DNA of 63,934 nt, counting the filler, from an uncultured Methanosarcinales archaeon (lineage in GTDB: Archaea > Nanobdellota > Nanobdellia > Woesearchaeales > DATDXC01), in the NCBI GenBank assembly GCA_964510025.1. It is 3 parts of 3 records of this genome, joined end to end, with 100 filler letters (N's around TTAATTAATTAA, not from the genome) between each part and the next. Parts side by side here need not be neighbours in the genome. Positions count along the whole stretch, not along the records: positions 1 to 22,261 come from CAZDZV010000019.1; 2 more parts are not named here. One strand, written 5' to 3'. Position 1 is the stretch's first letter, and each line of letters begins with the position of its first letter. The translations under genes were made by a program, and so were the position numbers. Below, piece after piece: positions 10,027 through 19,464 of this stretch. The notes beneath the pieces are model-generated. The model ran no database searches. It was not told where the DNA came from and was given only the letters and a program-made list of their open reading frames with translations.

Positions 10027-10872
10027 CTATTCCAATATGCTGTAAAAAGCGTCAAAAACAGGCCTGTCTGTTGTGATCTGAAAAAAATCAATGCCAAGGC
10101 TGTTGCAGTAATCCTCTATCTTTCCTGCATGGCTGTTCATCATATCCTCATAGCTGTTCTTCAGCTTCTTGCTTATATATGTTCTTAGCATATCGCCTGA
10201 TTCGCTGTCCTTGAGCTTGAAGTCTCCCTGCAGCGAAAGCTCCTTTTCAACAGCATCCAATACCTGGATGACCTTTATCTCATGGCTGCCTAGCAGCAGC
10301 AATGCTTCTTTTATCTCCTCGATGTCAAAAAGAAAGTCGCTTATTAGTATTATTAGCGATCTGCTGCCTATAAGCTTCTTATATTGATATATAGAATCTC
10401 TAAGCTTTGATTGGCCTTTTGTTTTGAACCTATTCAGATGATCGATCATGGACATAAGCTGTGACATGCCTCTTTTTGGCTGGAAAACCTCTAATTTATC
10501 TGAAAATGTAGAAAACTGGAACTTTTCGTTCCCTTTCATGGCCAGATAGGCAAAACCAACCCCTATCATCGATGCAAAGTCAAATTTGCTTGGCTTACCG
10601 TAATTCATGCTGTTTGAAGCGTCCATTATTATGTGGACATTTAAGCTTCGTTCTTCCTCAAAATTTTTGATGTAAAGGTCGTCTGTCCTTGCAAAAACCT
10701 TCCAGTCGATTGACCTGAAGTCATCGCCCGGCGCATATATCCTGTGGTCCTTGAATGTGATACCCCTTCCCAGCGCTATGCTTCTCCTAGGCCCTGAATA
10801 GCTTGAAGTGACTCTCTTGTTTATCACAAGGTTGAATCTGCCAAGCTGGTCCAGGAATTCAGCATCGATCAT
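10027..10872 (-). CDS. DUF58 (COG1721) vWA-like protein
   Basis: FKDHRIYAPGDDFRSIDWKVFART, MDASNSM MIDAS, ISDF. Confidence 0.92.
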   Translation of the reverse strand: MIDAEFLDQLGRFNLVINKRVTSSYSGPRRSIALGRGITFKDHRIYAPGDDFRSIDWKVFARTDDLYIKNFEEERSLNVHIIMDASNSMNYGKPSKFDFASMIGVGFAYLAMKGNEKFQFSTFSDKLEVFQPKRGMSQLMSMIDHLNRFKTKGQSKLRDSIYQYKKLIGSRSLIILISDFLFDIEEIKEALLLLGSHEIKVIQVLDAVEKELSLQGDFKLKDSESGDMLRTYISKKLKNSYEDMMNSHAGKIEDYCNSLGIDFFQITTDRPVFDAFYSILE

Positions 10873-11804
10873 TTTAGCTTGTCAAGAAGCTCCTTTATGG
10901 CATCATCGCTTGTCATGCCCTTTCTTTCAGCTTCAAAATTAAGGATGATCCTATGCCTAAGTACAGGATAGGCCATGGTCTTTATGTCATCGCTGCTTAT
11001 GTGGTTCCTGCCCTGTATCAGCGCCCTTGCCTTGCATGCCAGCACAAGCCCGATAGATGCCCTTGGCGAAGCGCCATACTGTATGATGTCTTTCTTTGTT
11101 CTGGTCAGGTCAATAAGCTTGACTGCCTTTTTCTTCAGGTCATTTGCGATAGGCACCTGCATGGTTATCTCCTGCAGATGGACAAGATGATCCTTGTTAA
11201 GCAGCGGCTTCAGCTTTGGCTTTGGTTCGCCTGATGTGTATTTGTCGACAATCTTCTCCTCCTCATCTACAGTGGGGTATTCCACCTTTACCTTGAGCAG
11301 GAACCTGTCAGCCTGGGCTTCTGGAAGAGGGTAGGTGCCTTCCTGCTCTATGGGGTTTTGGGTGGCAAGCACAAAAAAAGGCTTATCGAGCTGGAAGGTC
11401 TCATTTCCCACAGTGACCTGCTTTTCCTGCATAGCCTCAAGCAGGGCTGACTGGGTTTTGGGGGTGGCCCTGTTTATCTCATCTGCCAGAACGATGTTGG
11501 AGAAGATAGGCCCGGGCTGGAACTTGAAGTTCCTCTTGCCGCTCGTCTCTTCTATGATATAAGTTCCTGTTACGTCCGAAGGCATCAGGTCAGGGGTGTT
11601 CTGTATCCTTGAGAACTTCAGCGCCATCAGCTCCGACAGTGTCTTCACAGCCAGGGTCTTCGCCAGGCCAGGATAGCCTTCCAGAAGCACATTCCCGTCT
11701 GCCAGGACAGCTATCATGACCTGTTCGACAAGCTCATTCTGACCGACAATAACCTTTCCTACTTCCTTGTATAGTGCATCGAACACATGCTTATAGTTTT
11801 TCAT
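10869..11804 (-). CDS. moxR: MoxR-family AAA+ ATPase
   Basis: GYPGLAKT Walker A, RIQNTPDLMPSD, LADEINRA, ATQNPIEQEGTYPLPEAQADRF. Confidence 0.95.
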   Translation of the reverse strand: MKNYKHVFDALYKEVGKVIVGQNELVEQVMIAVLADGNVLLEGYPGLAKTLAVKTLSELMALKFSRIQNTPDLMPSDVTGTYIIEETSGKRNFKFQPGPIFSNIVLADEINRATPKTQSALLEAMQEKQVTVGNETFQLDKPFFVLATQNPIEQEGTYPLPEAQADRFLLKVKVEYPTVDEEEKIVDKYTSGEPKPKLKPLLNKDHLVHLQEITMQVPIANDLKKKAVKLIDLTRTKKDIIQYGASPRASIGLVLACKARALIQGRNHISSDDIKTMAYPVLRHRIILNFEAERKGMTSDDAIKELLDKLK

Positions 11805-11818
11805 TTTCACACCTCGTT

Positions 11819-12628
11819 TTATGTTTCAGCAAGCTTTATGAAATAGTTCTTGACAAGGTCCTGCTCTTCCACCGGGATATTGTTCCTTAGCACGCAGTCG
11901 GTTCCGCAGTCCTGCATCATGCTTACCTCATCCGGAAATTTCTCCTCAAAATCGCTGTCAGGGACCTCTTCCTCCTGCCTTACGTTTGTTAGCTCAAAGC
12001 TCAGGGTATTTATCTCAAGGTTGACGTTCGTGCTCCCAAGCTCTGCAATGCTCTCTTCCCCGTAAAGGTCTGCATTTTCCTGGCTGCCTGCTGACAGCTC
12101 ATCTGAGTCGCTGGTCTCGTTTGTAGGCTGCCCTGTCAGCATACCTGGCCCCTGTCGTATGAGCAGGCTCATGTCCATAAGCTTGAATCCGGCCACAGTG
12201 GCTATCATTATCAGGAAGCACAAGGCAACAGCTCCTGCCATCTTCATGGAAGTTTTCCTTATGTTGAAGAATGATGATACGCTCACCTTTTTCAGGTCAT
12301 CCAGGACCTCTTTCTGGAGCTCATCAACAACTGGATTCTCGATATCTTTGCTGTCCGCTGCTGTCCTCAGCCTCTCATCCAGCTCTGGCCAGAGCTTCTC
12401 CACTACCACAAGCTTCTGGTTGTTCAGCTTCTGCTGAAGGTCCCTCAGCACCACTGTTATGAGATAGACCACTGCGATAGGCACTGCAAATTTCCAGTCC
12501 AGGTTGATGAGCACCGCTATCAGGTATGCTGCCAGGAATACTATGACTGTATTCATTATATGCTCCACAATTATTATGCTGTTCAGAGTATTGTATATCT
12601 CCCTGATTGCCCTTTTTATCTTCTTCAT
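11819..12628 (-). CDS. Membrane protein of the MoxR operon
   Basis: Three TM segments, PELDERLRTAAD motif, acidic C-terminus ending VKNYF. Confidence 0.75.
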   Translation of the reverse strand: MKKIKRAIREIYNTLNSIIIVEHIMNTVIVFLAAYLIAVLINLDWKFAVPIAVVYLITVVLRDLQQKLNNQKLVVVEKLWPELDERLRTAADSKDIENPVVDELQKEVLDDLKKVSVSSFFNIRKTSMKMAGAVALCFLIMIATVAGFKLMDMSLLIRQGPGMLTGQPTNETSDSDELSAGSQENADLYGEESIAELGSTNVNLEINTLSFELTNVRQEEEVPDSDFEEKFPDEVSMMQDCGTDCVLRNNIPVEEQDLVKNYFIKLAET

Positions 12629-13125
12629 TGTCCTTGGCAGATCTCCAGCTGAGCATCGCAGGTTTCATAGTCCTCTTCGCATGAATCCAGGTCAGCTTTC
12701 AGCTTTGCTATCCTGTCGTTTGCCTCTTTCAGGTCTGTCTGTACCTGGCTCAGCAAGGTGGATTTTTTTGTCAGCTCAATCTGGCTCTTTACAAGCTCAG
12801 CTTTTTTCGAGCTTAGCTCAGACTCCAGCGTGGCCTTGTCTTCCTCCAGCTGGCTGTTTTCCTGCCTTATCTCGCTGTACCTCACGCTCAGGTCGCTCTC
12901 CCTCTCCTCTCTTATCTCAAGCTGATAGCTGGTCTGGTTTAGCCTGGACTTTTCAAGCCCAAGCTGTTCAGTTACCTGCTCCAGCCTCGCCACCTTCTCG
13001 TTGTACTCATCCGACAGCTCGCTAAATATTCCCTGGTAATATACCGTAAACCCAATAAGGATGATGACTACGCATATCACCAGCGAAACCAAGATAAAGT
13101 TTACGTCCTTTTTTAGAAATGCCAT
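12625..13125 (-). CDS. Membrane-anchored coiled-coil protein
   Basis: N-terminal TM followed by long heptad-rich helix; overlaps both neighbours. Confidence 0.75.
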   Translation of the reverse strand: MAFLKKDVNFILVSLVICVVIILIGFTVYYQGIFSELSDEYNEKVARLEQVTEQLGLEKSRLNQTSYQLEIREERESDLSVRYSEIRQENSQLEEDKATLESELSSKKAELVKSQIELTKKSTLLSQVQTDLKEANDRIAKLKADLDSCEEDYETCDAQLEICQGQ

Positions 13126-15530
13126 GATATCACCTGTTTTGCCCTTCTTATTATTATCTCAGACAGCAATATTAAAAGCGCGGCAATTATGAAGGGCCAC
13201 CTATAGTTAACATTTTCTATCTTAACCCTCTTGGAGATTGTCTTTATAGTATCCACAATGCCAGCTATATCCCCTTTTTCAAAAACCTTTCCCTTTGTGA
13301 GCCCGACCAGCTCTATGAATTCAGGGTTCATCCCCAGGTTTAGGAACTCATCATTGTAGTTTACAGCAACCTTTGCTCCAAGCAGCTCCTGTATCCCTGT
13401 CTGTTCTGCCTGGTAGCTTGCCACGTACATATTATCTCCTATCTTTGAGAAATCAATCTCAGACTTTGGCGGATTTTCAGACCTCACCCTAATCTGTGTA
13501 GGCTTGTTTACTGGCGTATCATCGATGCTCACATCATAGTCCAGCACCCGGCCAGGATCGCCTATCGCATAATTTATTGCCCTTATTATTACATTGGAAT
13601 TGTCCTCTTTCAGGAAATCCGCAGCCCATTTGCTCCCGTCATCAGTAGAGACAGCTACAACCCTGCCTAAACCGAAGTTGCCTGCAGTTATCAGCGGCCT
13701 GCTGTTGGCTGTGGCGACCACAGCTCTGGCTCCCAGCTTCGGGACTGCGTGGTTGTAGCCGGTGACATATCCGTCCAGCGCTATATCCTCCTTGGTTATC
13801 CAGTGGTTCTTGTCCAGAATGATCATCTTATACTCTTTTTGGTCTTCTTCGTCCCCTGCCCCGCGCTGGAAGACAAGGTTCAGCTGCTCCTGCTCATCAG
13901 GCTTGAAGTAAAGGCCATCGCCAAGCTCAGCTATCCTTTTCAGATGCGCTTCATCTGTATACTGGCCTATGCCGACTGTGTGTACTGTGACGCCTGTCTT
14001 CTGCAGCAGGCTTATCGTGCTTAATGTAGCAGTTTTTGTCGAATACTCGATGCCGTCCGTGATAAGTATTATGTTCTTGGTGCCGTCAACACCTTCCATA
14101 AGGAAGCTTGCCCTTCTTAATGCAGGGACGAAATTTGTGCCGCCCCCGGGCTGCATCCTTCTAATGTTCAGCTTCAGGGTTTCCTTGTCTTCTCCAAGGT
14201 TCACGAGAGGGCTCACCAGTGTCGAGGAGCCATGCAGCGCTATGACACCCACCCTGTCCTCTGGACGCAGCGTGTCTATGAGGCCCGTGGCTATCGCCTT
14301 TTCCATGTCCAGCACACTATAGCCGATATCTCCCTTGAAAGGGAGTCCGGTTGTGTCTGAAACATCTATGAGGAACACAATATTTGCCTTGTTCTGTTCT
14401 GACATTTCAGGAAGCCCTATCTTTACAGGAAGAAGGCTCTCTATAAGATATTCCGGATTCTGGTAAAAGCCCCTGTCATAAGAGTTGTCTCCTCCTATGA
14501 CTATAAGTCCGTTGCCTTCTGCAACATATTCAGTAAGTTTCCCGATCCAGCTGGACAGTTGCTGCCCATGTATATCGTTTATTATGACAGCATGATAGCC
14601 TGAAATCTTGCTTGGGAGGGAATCCTCAAGCCTGATGTCATAGATCTCATTCAGTCCATGCAGCAAAGGAGATGTCTTCTCAGACACGAACAGCACCTTC
14701 GGTTTGGGGATGACCTTTACGGTCTTGTAATATATGTTGTTCTGAGGGAAGTGGTCATTTGCAGTAATCTCTGCCGTTATAGTATGGTAACCTTCTGGGA
14801 ACCTTCTTACGATCTCCTGGGTCTTGCCTCTTCTCTGCTCAACTATCCTTTCTCCGTCAACCTCTATATTAAGGCTGTAGCTGTTCACCCCTATCTCGCT
14901 GACCTCAACAACAAAGACATTCTCTTCACCCACAATCGCTTCTCTTGGGCCATGTATCTTTACATAAGCGTCATTTCTCTTGGGCTGGATGTTCAAGGTG
15001 CTTATGGACGTGTTCAGGCCTGATGCGAACAATACCACATCTCCGAGCACCCTGCCATGATTGTTATGCCCGTCGCTTATGACCAGCAGGTTGTCGTCGC
15101 CGTTCATGCTGTTCAATATGCCGTCGCCTATCGCCGACCTGTCTCCTGCAGCGATATGCTTCACACTCACAGGGATACTATCCTTTAGCCCCAGTGCCAG
15201 CTGCTCTGCGATGCCCTGCTCAAATATTTCAAAGCTTGTCGAGTTGTCAGCCAATATAGTCAAGGATGCATCACCATCTACTGTTATGCTCTTTTCGCTG
15301 TAGGGCGTTGCCAGCGCTACCAGCAGCAAGAGCAAGCTGGTTGTCCTCGACAGAAGGATGAGCGCCCTCTCGTTTCTTTTCTTCCTGTTGAACTGCTTCT
15401 TCTCTTCCTTGCTCTTGAATTTGATAAAGTTCTTTCTTACCAGGAACCATAGCAGGAAAAAAAAGGGCACTATCAGCAGGATGGCTTCAGGCCTTGCCAG
15501 GCAGTATCCGGACAAGCATAACCTAATCAT
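13113..15530 (-). CDS. BatA-like membrane protein with two vWA domains and a GATase-like domain
   Basis: N-terminal double TM, DNSTS and DVSDT MIDAS motifs, GGGTN, ITDG, GNGLIVIGG...LLPV, C-terminal TM. Confidence 0.85.
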   Translation of the reverse strand: MIRLCLSGYCLARPEAILLIVPFFFLLWFLVRKNFIKFKSKEEKKQFNRKKRNERALILLSRTTSLLLLLVALATPYSEKSITVDGDASLTILADNSTSFEIFEQGIAEQLALGLKDSIPVSVKHIAAGDRSAIGDGILNSMNGDDNLLVISDGHNNHGRVLGDVVLFASGLNTSISTLNIQPKRNDAYVKIHGPREAIVGEENVFVVEVSEIGVNSYSLNIEVDGERIVEQRRGKTQEIVRRFPEGYHTITAEITANDHFPQNNIYYKTVKVIPKPKVLFVSEKTSPLLHGLNEIYDIRLEDSLPSKISGYHAVIINDIHGQQLSSWIGKLTEYVAEGNGLIVIGGDNSYDRGFYQNPEYLIESLLPVKIGLPEMSEQNKANIVFLIDVSDTTGLPFKGDIGYSVLDMEKAIATGLIDTLRPEDRVGVIALHGSSTLVSPLVNLGEDKETLKLNIRRMQPGGGTNFVPALRRASFLMEGVDGTKNIILITDGIEYSTKTATLSTISLLQKTGVTVHTVGIGQYTDEAHLKRIAELGDGLYFKPDEQEQLNLVFQRGAGDEEDQKEYKMIILDKNHWITKEDIALDGYVTGYNHAVPKLGARAVVATANSRPLITAGNFGLGRVVAVSTDDGSKWAADFLKEDNSNVIIRAINYAIGDPGRVLDYDVSIDDTPVNKPTQIRVRSENPPKSEIDFSKIGDNMYVASYQAEQTGIQELLGAKVAVNYNDEFLNLGMNPEFIELVGLTKGKVFEKGDIAGIVDTIKTISKRVKIENVNYRWPFIIAALLILLSEIIIRRAKQVISWHF

Positions 15531-17395
15531 AGGTCACCTCTTTGCTTGATATATATGATCTCCAGTACAATCAGCGCGCCTGCAGCGATGATAAGATAAA
15601 CATCAATGTCCAGCTTTTTCATCTTTTGCTCCTTTCTTGTCTCAAAGGACATATCATCCTCTATTAGCTCTGCATCCCTGTCTACTTCTGATTCCTTTGC
15701 ATCCAGCAGATTTGCAGCTATCTTCCTGTCAGAAGTCTCATAGATCCCCTGCTCATCAAGCATAAGCTTGTCGGTCTTGATGGAGCTGCCGGGGGTCCGG
15801 ATGCTCTGCTCCTTTACAACAAGCATGTCCCCTGTCCTGAAATTATAGTCGCTAATGTCTTCTGTCTTGACTATGAACTTCACCAGCTTGCTCCAGAATA
15901 TAGGATATGAGCTGGAAGTTGGAAAATCGCTTTTTTCATCTATTATGCCATAATAATAGACGTTGTCCCTGTATGCGATTGCAGGGCTGTTGTCGTCTGC
16001 TGTCGCTATGACTATCGCATCATCTTTCGCCCTGGCCTTAAGAAAGCTGTTCAGGTTGATAGGGCAGCTGTTCTCTTCAAACTGGTCAGTGAACTGGTTG
16101 AATATCCTGAAGCATAGCCTTGTGTTGTTTCCATTTCCCGTTATATCTACCGGCATTATATCGCTATATATCTTTCTGCTCATGTCCGTAGTCGCGATGC
16201 CTCCCAGATCCTCCTGCCCGGCTATTATCACGCTCCCGCCCATTGCCAGATAGTCTTCCATGTCCTTGAACCTGCCTCTCAGCAATCCTTCTTTTTCGCC
16301 CACAGCCCCTACATCCGCCAGTATTATCACATCAAAATCCATGAATTCAACCTGCTGACCGTCCACCATATGGCCAAGCGGAGGATGTGAAACGCTAAGC
16401 CTGATATCGTCCGAAGCATCCAGCGCTGCCATGAGGCTGCTCTTGTCCTTGTTTGTTATCAGCAGCACCTCTACCTGCATCTTTTCCGGCGCACTTATGT
16501 GTATAGTATTGTCTGCTGCAAAATCGTCATCAGCAGCAAGCTCAATCCTGCTTAATCCGGCAGGCGTGTCAAATACAAGGCTTTCCAGGGAATTCGGAAG
16601 CAATGATATCTCCCTGCTGCCCAGCTTCTCTGTCCCTTTAACCAGCGCAACCTCCACCATCTCTTCTCTGTCGTTGAAATTTTTCACAAAGACCTTCGCT
16701 GTCTGCTTTGTCAGCTCCATATCGACCAGCCCGACATTTTCCGCTGTACTGCTGAAGTCTATGAACTCTACCTGGTTGCCCTTGGCAGCAAGCTCTCTTT
16801 TTGCTACCAGCGGATCAGAGCCGTCTGTCTGCAGAAAATCGCTCAACACAACGATCCTGCCTTTTTTGTCTTTTAGTATGTCTTCAGCAAGAAGCATCGC
16901 ATCCCCTATATTGGAGGACGTCGCCTTGCACCTCAGCCTTGACAGTATCGCATTAGCTTCCCTAAAGCTGCCGTCTTTCAGCAGGGTTACAGGTATATTC
17001 TCCGCAAGCACTATGCTGACCCTGCCGCCCATATTCCTTTTGGCAGCGCTGACAGCTTCCTCAAATCTGGTCTTTTGGCCCGACCTTGCCTGCATGCTCG
17101 CACTGCCATCTATAACCAACACGGTATTTGCAGATTCCACACTGTATGGAACCTCTATAAACGGCTCAGCCACTGCAACTGCAAGCATGACAAGCAGTGC
17201 CAGCTGGATAAGGAACAGTACGCTCTGAAGAAGCTTCCTGAGGAATGCGTTCTGCCTGAATTTCTGGTTCTGTCTCAGGAAGAACATCAAGGATGGTATG
17301 GTGAGCTCTTCAGGCCTTGGCCGTATGAGATAGGCTAGGATAAAAGGCACTAGTACAGCTAATGCCCATAGTCCTGCTGGGTTTAAAAGTGGCAT
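15527..17395 (-). CDS. BatA-like vWA domain membrane protein
   Basis: NPAGLWAL..PFILAYLIRP...IPSLMF N-terminus, DGSASM MIDAS, LSDF, C-terminal TM. Confidence 0.88.
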   Translation of the reverse strand: MPLLNPAGLWALAVLVPFILAYLIRPRPEELTIPSLMFFLRQNQKFRQNAFLRKLLQSVLFLIQLALLVMLAVAVAEPFIEVPYSVESANTVLVIDGSASMQARSGQKTRFEEAVSAAKRNMGGRVSIVLAENIPVTLLKDGSFREANAILSRLRCKATSSNIGDAMLLAEDILKDKKGRIVVLSDFLQTDGSDPLVAKRELAAKGNQVEFIDFSSTAENVGLVDMELTKQTAKVFVKNFNDREEMVEVALVKGTEKLGSREISLLPNSLESLVFDTPAGLSRIELAADDDFAADNTIHISAPEKMQVEVLLITNKDKSSLMAALDASDDIRLSVSHPPLGHMVDGQQVEFMDFDVIILADVGAVGEKEGLLRGRFKDMEDYLAMGGSVIIAGQEDLGGIATTDMSRKIYSDIMPVDITGNGNNTRLCFRIFNQFTDQFEENSCPINLNSFLKARAKDDAIVIATADDNSPAIAYRDNVYYYGIIDEKSDFPTSSSYPIFWSKLVKFIVKTEDISDYNFRTGDMLVVKEQSIRTPGSSIKTDKLMLDEQGIYETSDRKIAANLLDAKESEVDRDAELIEDDMSFETRKEQKMKKLDIDVYLIIAAGALIVLEIIYIKQRGDL

Positions 17396-17428
17396 TTTCC
17401 TCTTTTTACACTTATTGGTCTTTTTCGT

Positions 17429-17629
17429 TTATTTATAAGCATTTCTAATCATCTCCAGGAGCTCCTTCTGGTTCATAAGCCTCTTGACAACCACAAGGCA
17501 TCCGTCGATCTCATACCAGTATAGTTCTGAATTCAGCTCTATGCCAAGATCCTTTCTTGCTTCGTTAGGCAAAGTCATCTGACCCTGCTTTGTAAGCTTC
17601 GCCTTTCCTATGAATTTAGGCAGCTTCAT
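17429..17629 (-). CDS. AbrB/MazE-family DNA-binding protein
   Basis: KLTKQGQMTLPNEARKDLGI swapped-hairpin signature. Confidence 0.85.
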   Translation of the reverse strand: MKLPKFIGKAKLTKQGQMTLPNEARKDLGIELNSELYWYEIDGCLVVVKRLMNQKELLEMIRNAYK

Positions 17630-19104
17630 TTTTCGATCCAGCACCCGGTTACCATGATATTATTCTCTTCCTCGCTGCCTATGTGCTCCATAAGCTCCCC
17701 AAGGCTTATGCTGTCATCATAATTGATGTCTGCAAAATAGCAGCTGCCCGACAATGAGCAGATGTGCATTGTCTTGTTCAGATCCACCCTGTTACCTATT
17801 GCATAGCTTGTCTCGGCAGTCTCAGCGCTTCCCAGCAGCATATATTCCCTGACATCCTCTGATACTATGCCTGGTTTTCTTGAGAGTATAAGCCCGGCAA
17901 GGCCAGCTGCGTAGGGTGTTGCCATCGAGGTTCCCTGTATGGGCTTGTATCCTGATGGGTGGGTAATTATCCCATATGTCGGCACAGTGCTCAATATCAT
18001 CGAGTCTTTTGTGATGTCGCCTCCGGGCGCAGCTATGTCTACCCAGCTGCCATAGTTTGAATAGGAAGCCTTCTTGTTGTCGGCAGCGATCGCAGCGACG
18101 CCTATCACATTGTCCAATGCAGCAGGATACACCATCGAGTCTGTATTGAAATTTCCAGCAGCAGCCAGCATAGTGACGCCGTTGTTGTGTGCGTAGTTGA
18201 CTGCATTCTGGATTGTCTGCGATGATGCTGTGCCGCCAAAGCTCATGCTTATCACTCTGGCTCCATTGTCTGTGGCGTAGATTATCGCGGCAGCTACATC
18301 ATCGTTCTCAAGGCAGCCGTAGCTATTGCCCCCATATTCTATCGCAAATGAAGCCCTTATAGGCATTATCTTGCATCCAGGGCATGCGCCGGCTATGCCC
18401 AGGGAATTGTCTGCTTTTCCCGCAGCAATGCCTGCGCAATGAGTCCCATGCCCGTGGTAGTCAAATGGGTCATTGTCTCTGGAAATATAATCCTCTCCGG
18501 ATATAAGGGTATATCCTTCATTCTCATACCAGCTTGTATAGATGTCCACAGTATCATAGCCGGTTCCGTCAGGACAGCCATTGCTGCAGTCCCCAAGCAT
18601 GTTTGCCTGGAGATCCTCATGGCCATACCTTACTCCGGTATCGATGATGGCAATTACAACACCACTGCCCTGCTCTATATCCCATCCATCCTCAGCGTTG
18701 CTGTTCTGGTGGGCCCACTGCTGGCTGTATAGTGCATCATCAGGCACATGGCTGAGATAGTATAGGTAATTCGGCTCAGCATATTCAACATTAGGGTCTT
18801 TCTCAAAATCCTCAGCGATCCTCTTTGCATCCAGCTTTGAGTCGCTCCTGAGCTTCACTATCTGCTCCTTTGGCCTGATCGTGTAGGCCATCCCTGTTGT
18901 CGATATCTTTTCATCCATGACCTCCGTTTCAACTATCTTATGTCTCTCTTTAAGCTCTTGCATGCTGTGTGCAGAGAGGATAGAGGTGTCTTTCAGTTTC
19001 ACGATGATCTCTCCAGGCGCATATTCTGGAAGTCCGGTATAGGCCTCAACAGTTATCGCAGAAGCTATGAGAAAGCCGATGCATGCCAAAATTTGCAGCT
19101 TCAT
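17626..19104 (-). CDS. Secreted subtilisin-like S8 protease
   Basis: Signal peptide, propeptide ending VEYAEPNY, catalytic IIDTG / HGTHCAG / GTSMATP, oxyanion AAAGN; EF-hand-like tail DINYDDSISLGEL. Confidence 0.95.
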   Translation of the reverse strand: MKLQILACIGFLIASAITVEAYTGLPEYAPGEIIVKLKDTSILSAHSMQELKERHKIVETEVMDEKISTTGMAYTIRPKEQIVKLRSDSKLDAKRIAEDFEKDPNVEYAEPNYLYYLSHVPDDALYSQQWAHQNSNAEDGWDIEQGSGVVIAIIDTGVRYGHEDLQANMLGDCSNGCPDGTGYDTVDIYTSWYENEGYTLISGEDYISRDNDPFDYHGHGTHCAGIAAGKADNSLGIAGACPGCKIMPIRASFAIEYGGNSYGCLENDDVAAAIIYATDNGARVISMSFGGTASSQTIQNAVNYAHNNGVTMLAAAGNFNTDSMVYPAALDNVIGVAAIAADNKKASYSNYGSWVDIAAPGGDITKDSMILSTVPTYGIITHPSGYKPIQGTSMATPYAAGLAGLILSRKPGIVSEDVREYMLLGSAETAETSYAIGNRVDLNKTMHICSLSGSCYFADINYDDSISLGELMEHIGSEEENNIMVTGCWIEK

Positions 19105-19217
19105 ATTATTAAAATTAATAATAATATTAAATATAATAATAGATATTTAAATCTTTTGGTTTTTTACCACCATAACCTGTTACAAAGGTTTTTATTTAGG
19201 CAGGTTTACGATAGCTT

Positions 19218-19430
19218 ATGGAACATCAGCAGCATCATAAGCGTGAACTGAAATTTCTTATTAGCTTCCTGGTGATCTTTGTGATTACTTTCTTCATAGC
19301 GCTGACCAACCTAAAGCGGGGTTTGCCGCTCTTTGGGATAGGGATTCCTTATCTGCTCGAAAACTGGCTTGTTCTGCTCTTATCCTTGTTTTCCATCGTA
19401 AAGGTATTCTGGAATATCATTACACAATAA
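19218..19430 (+). CDS. Small two-TM membrane protein
   Basis: 70 aa hydrophobic ORF upstream of thrS. Confidence 0.55.
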   Translation: MEHQQHHKRELKFLISFLVIFVITFFIALTNLKRGLPLFGIGIPYLLENWLVLLLSLFSIVKVFWNIITQ

Positions 19431-19464
19431 CATTTATAAACAATAATCCAAAACTATTCTTAAA

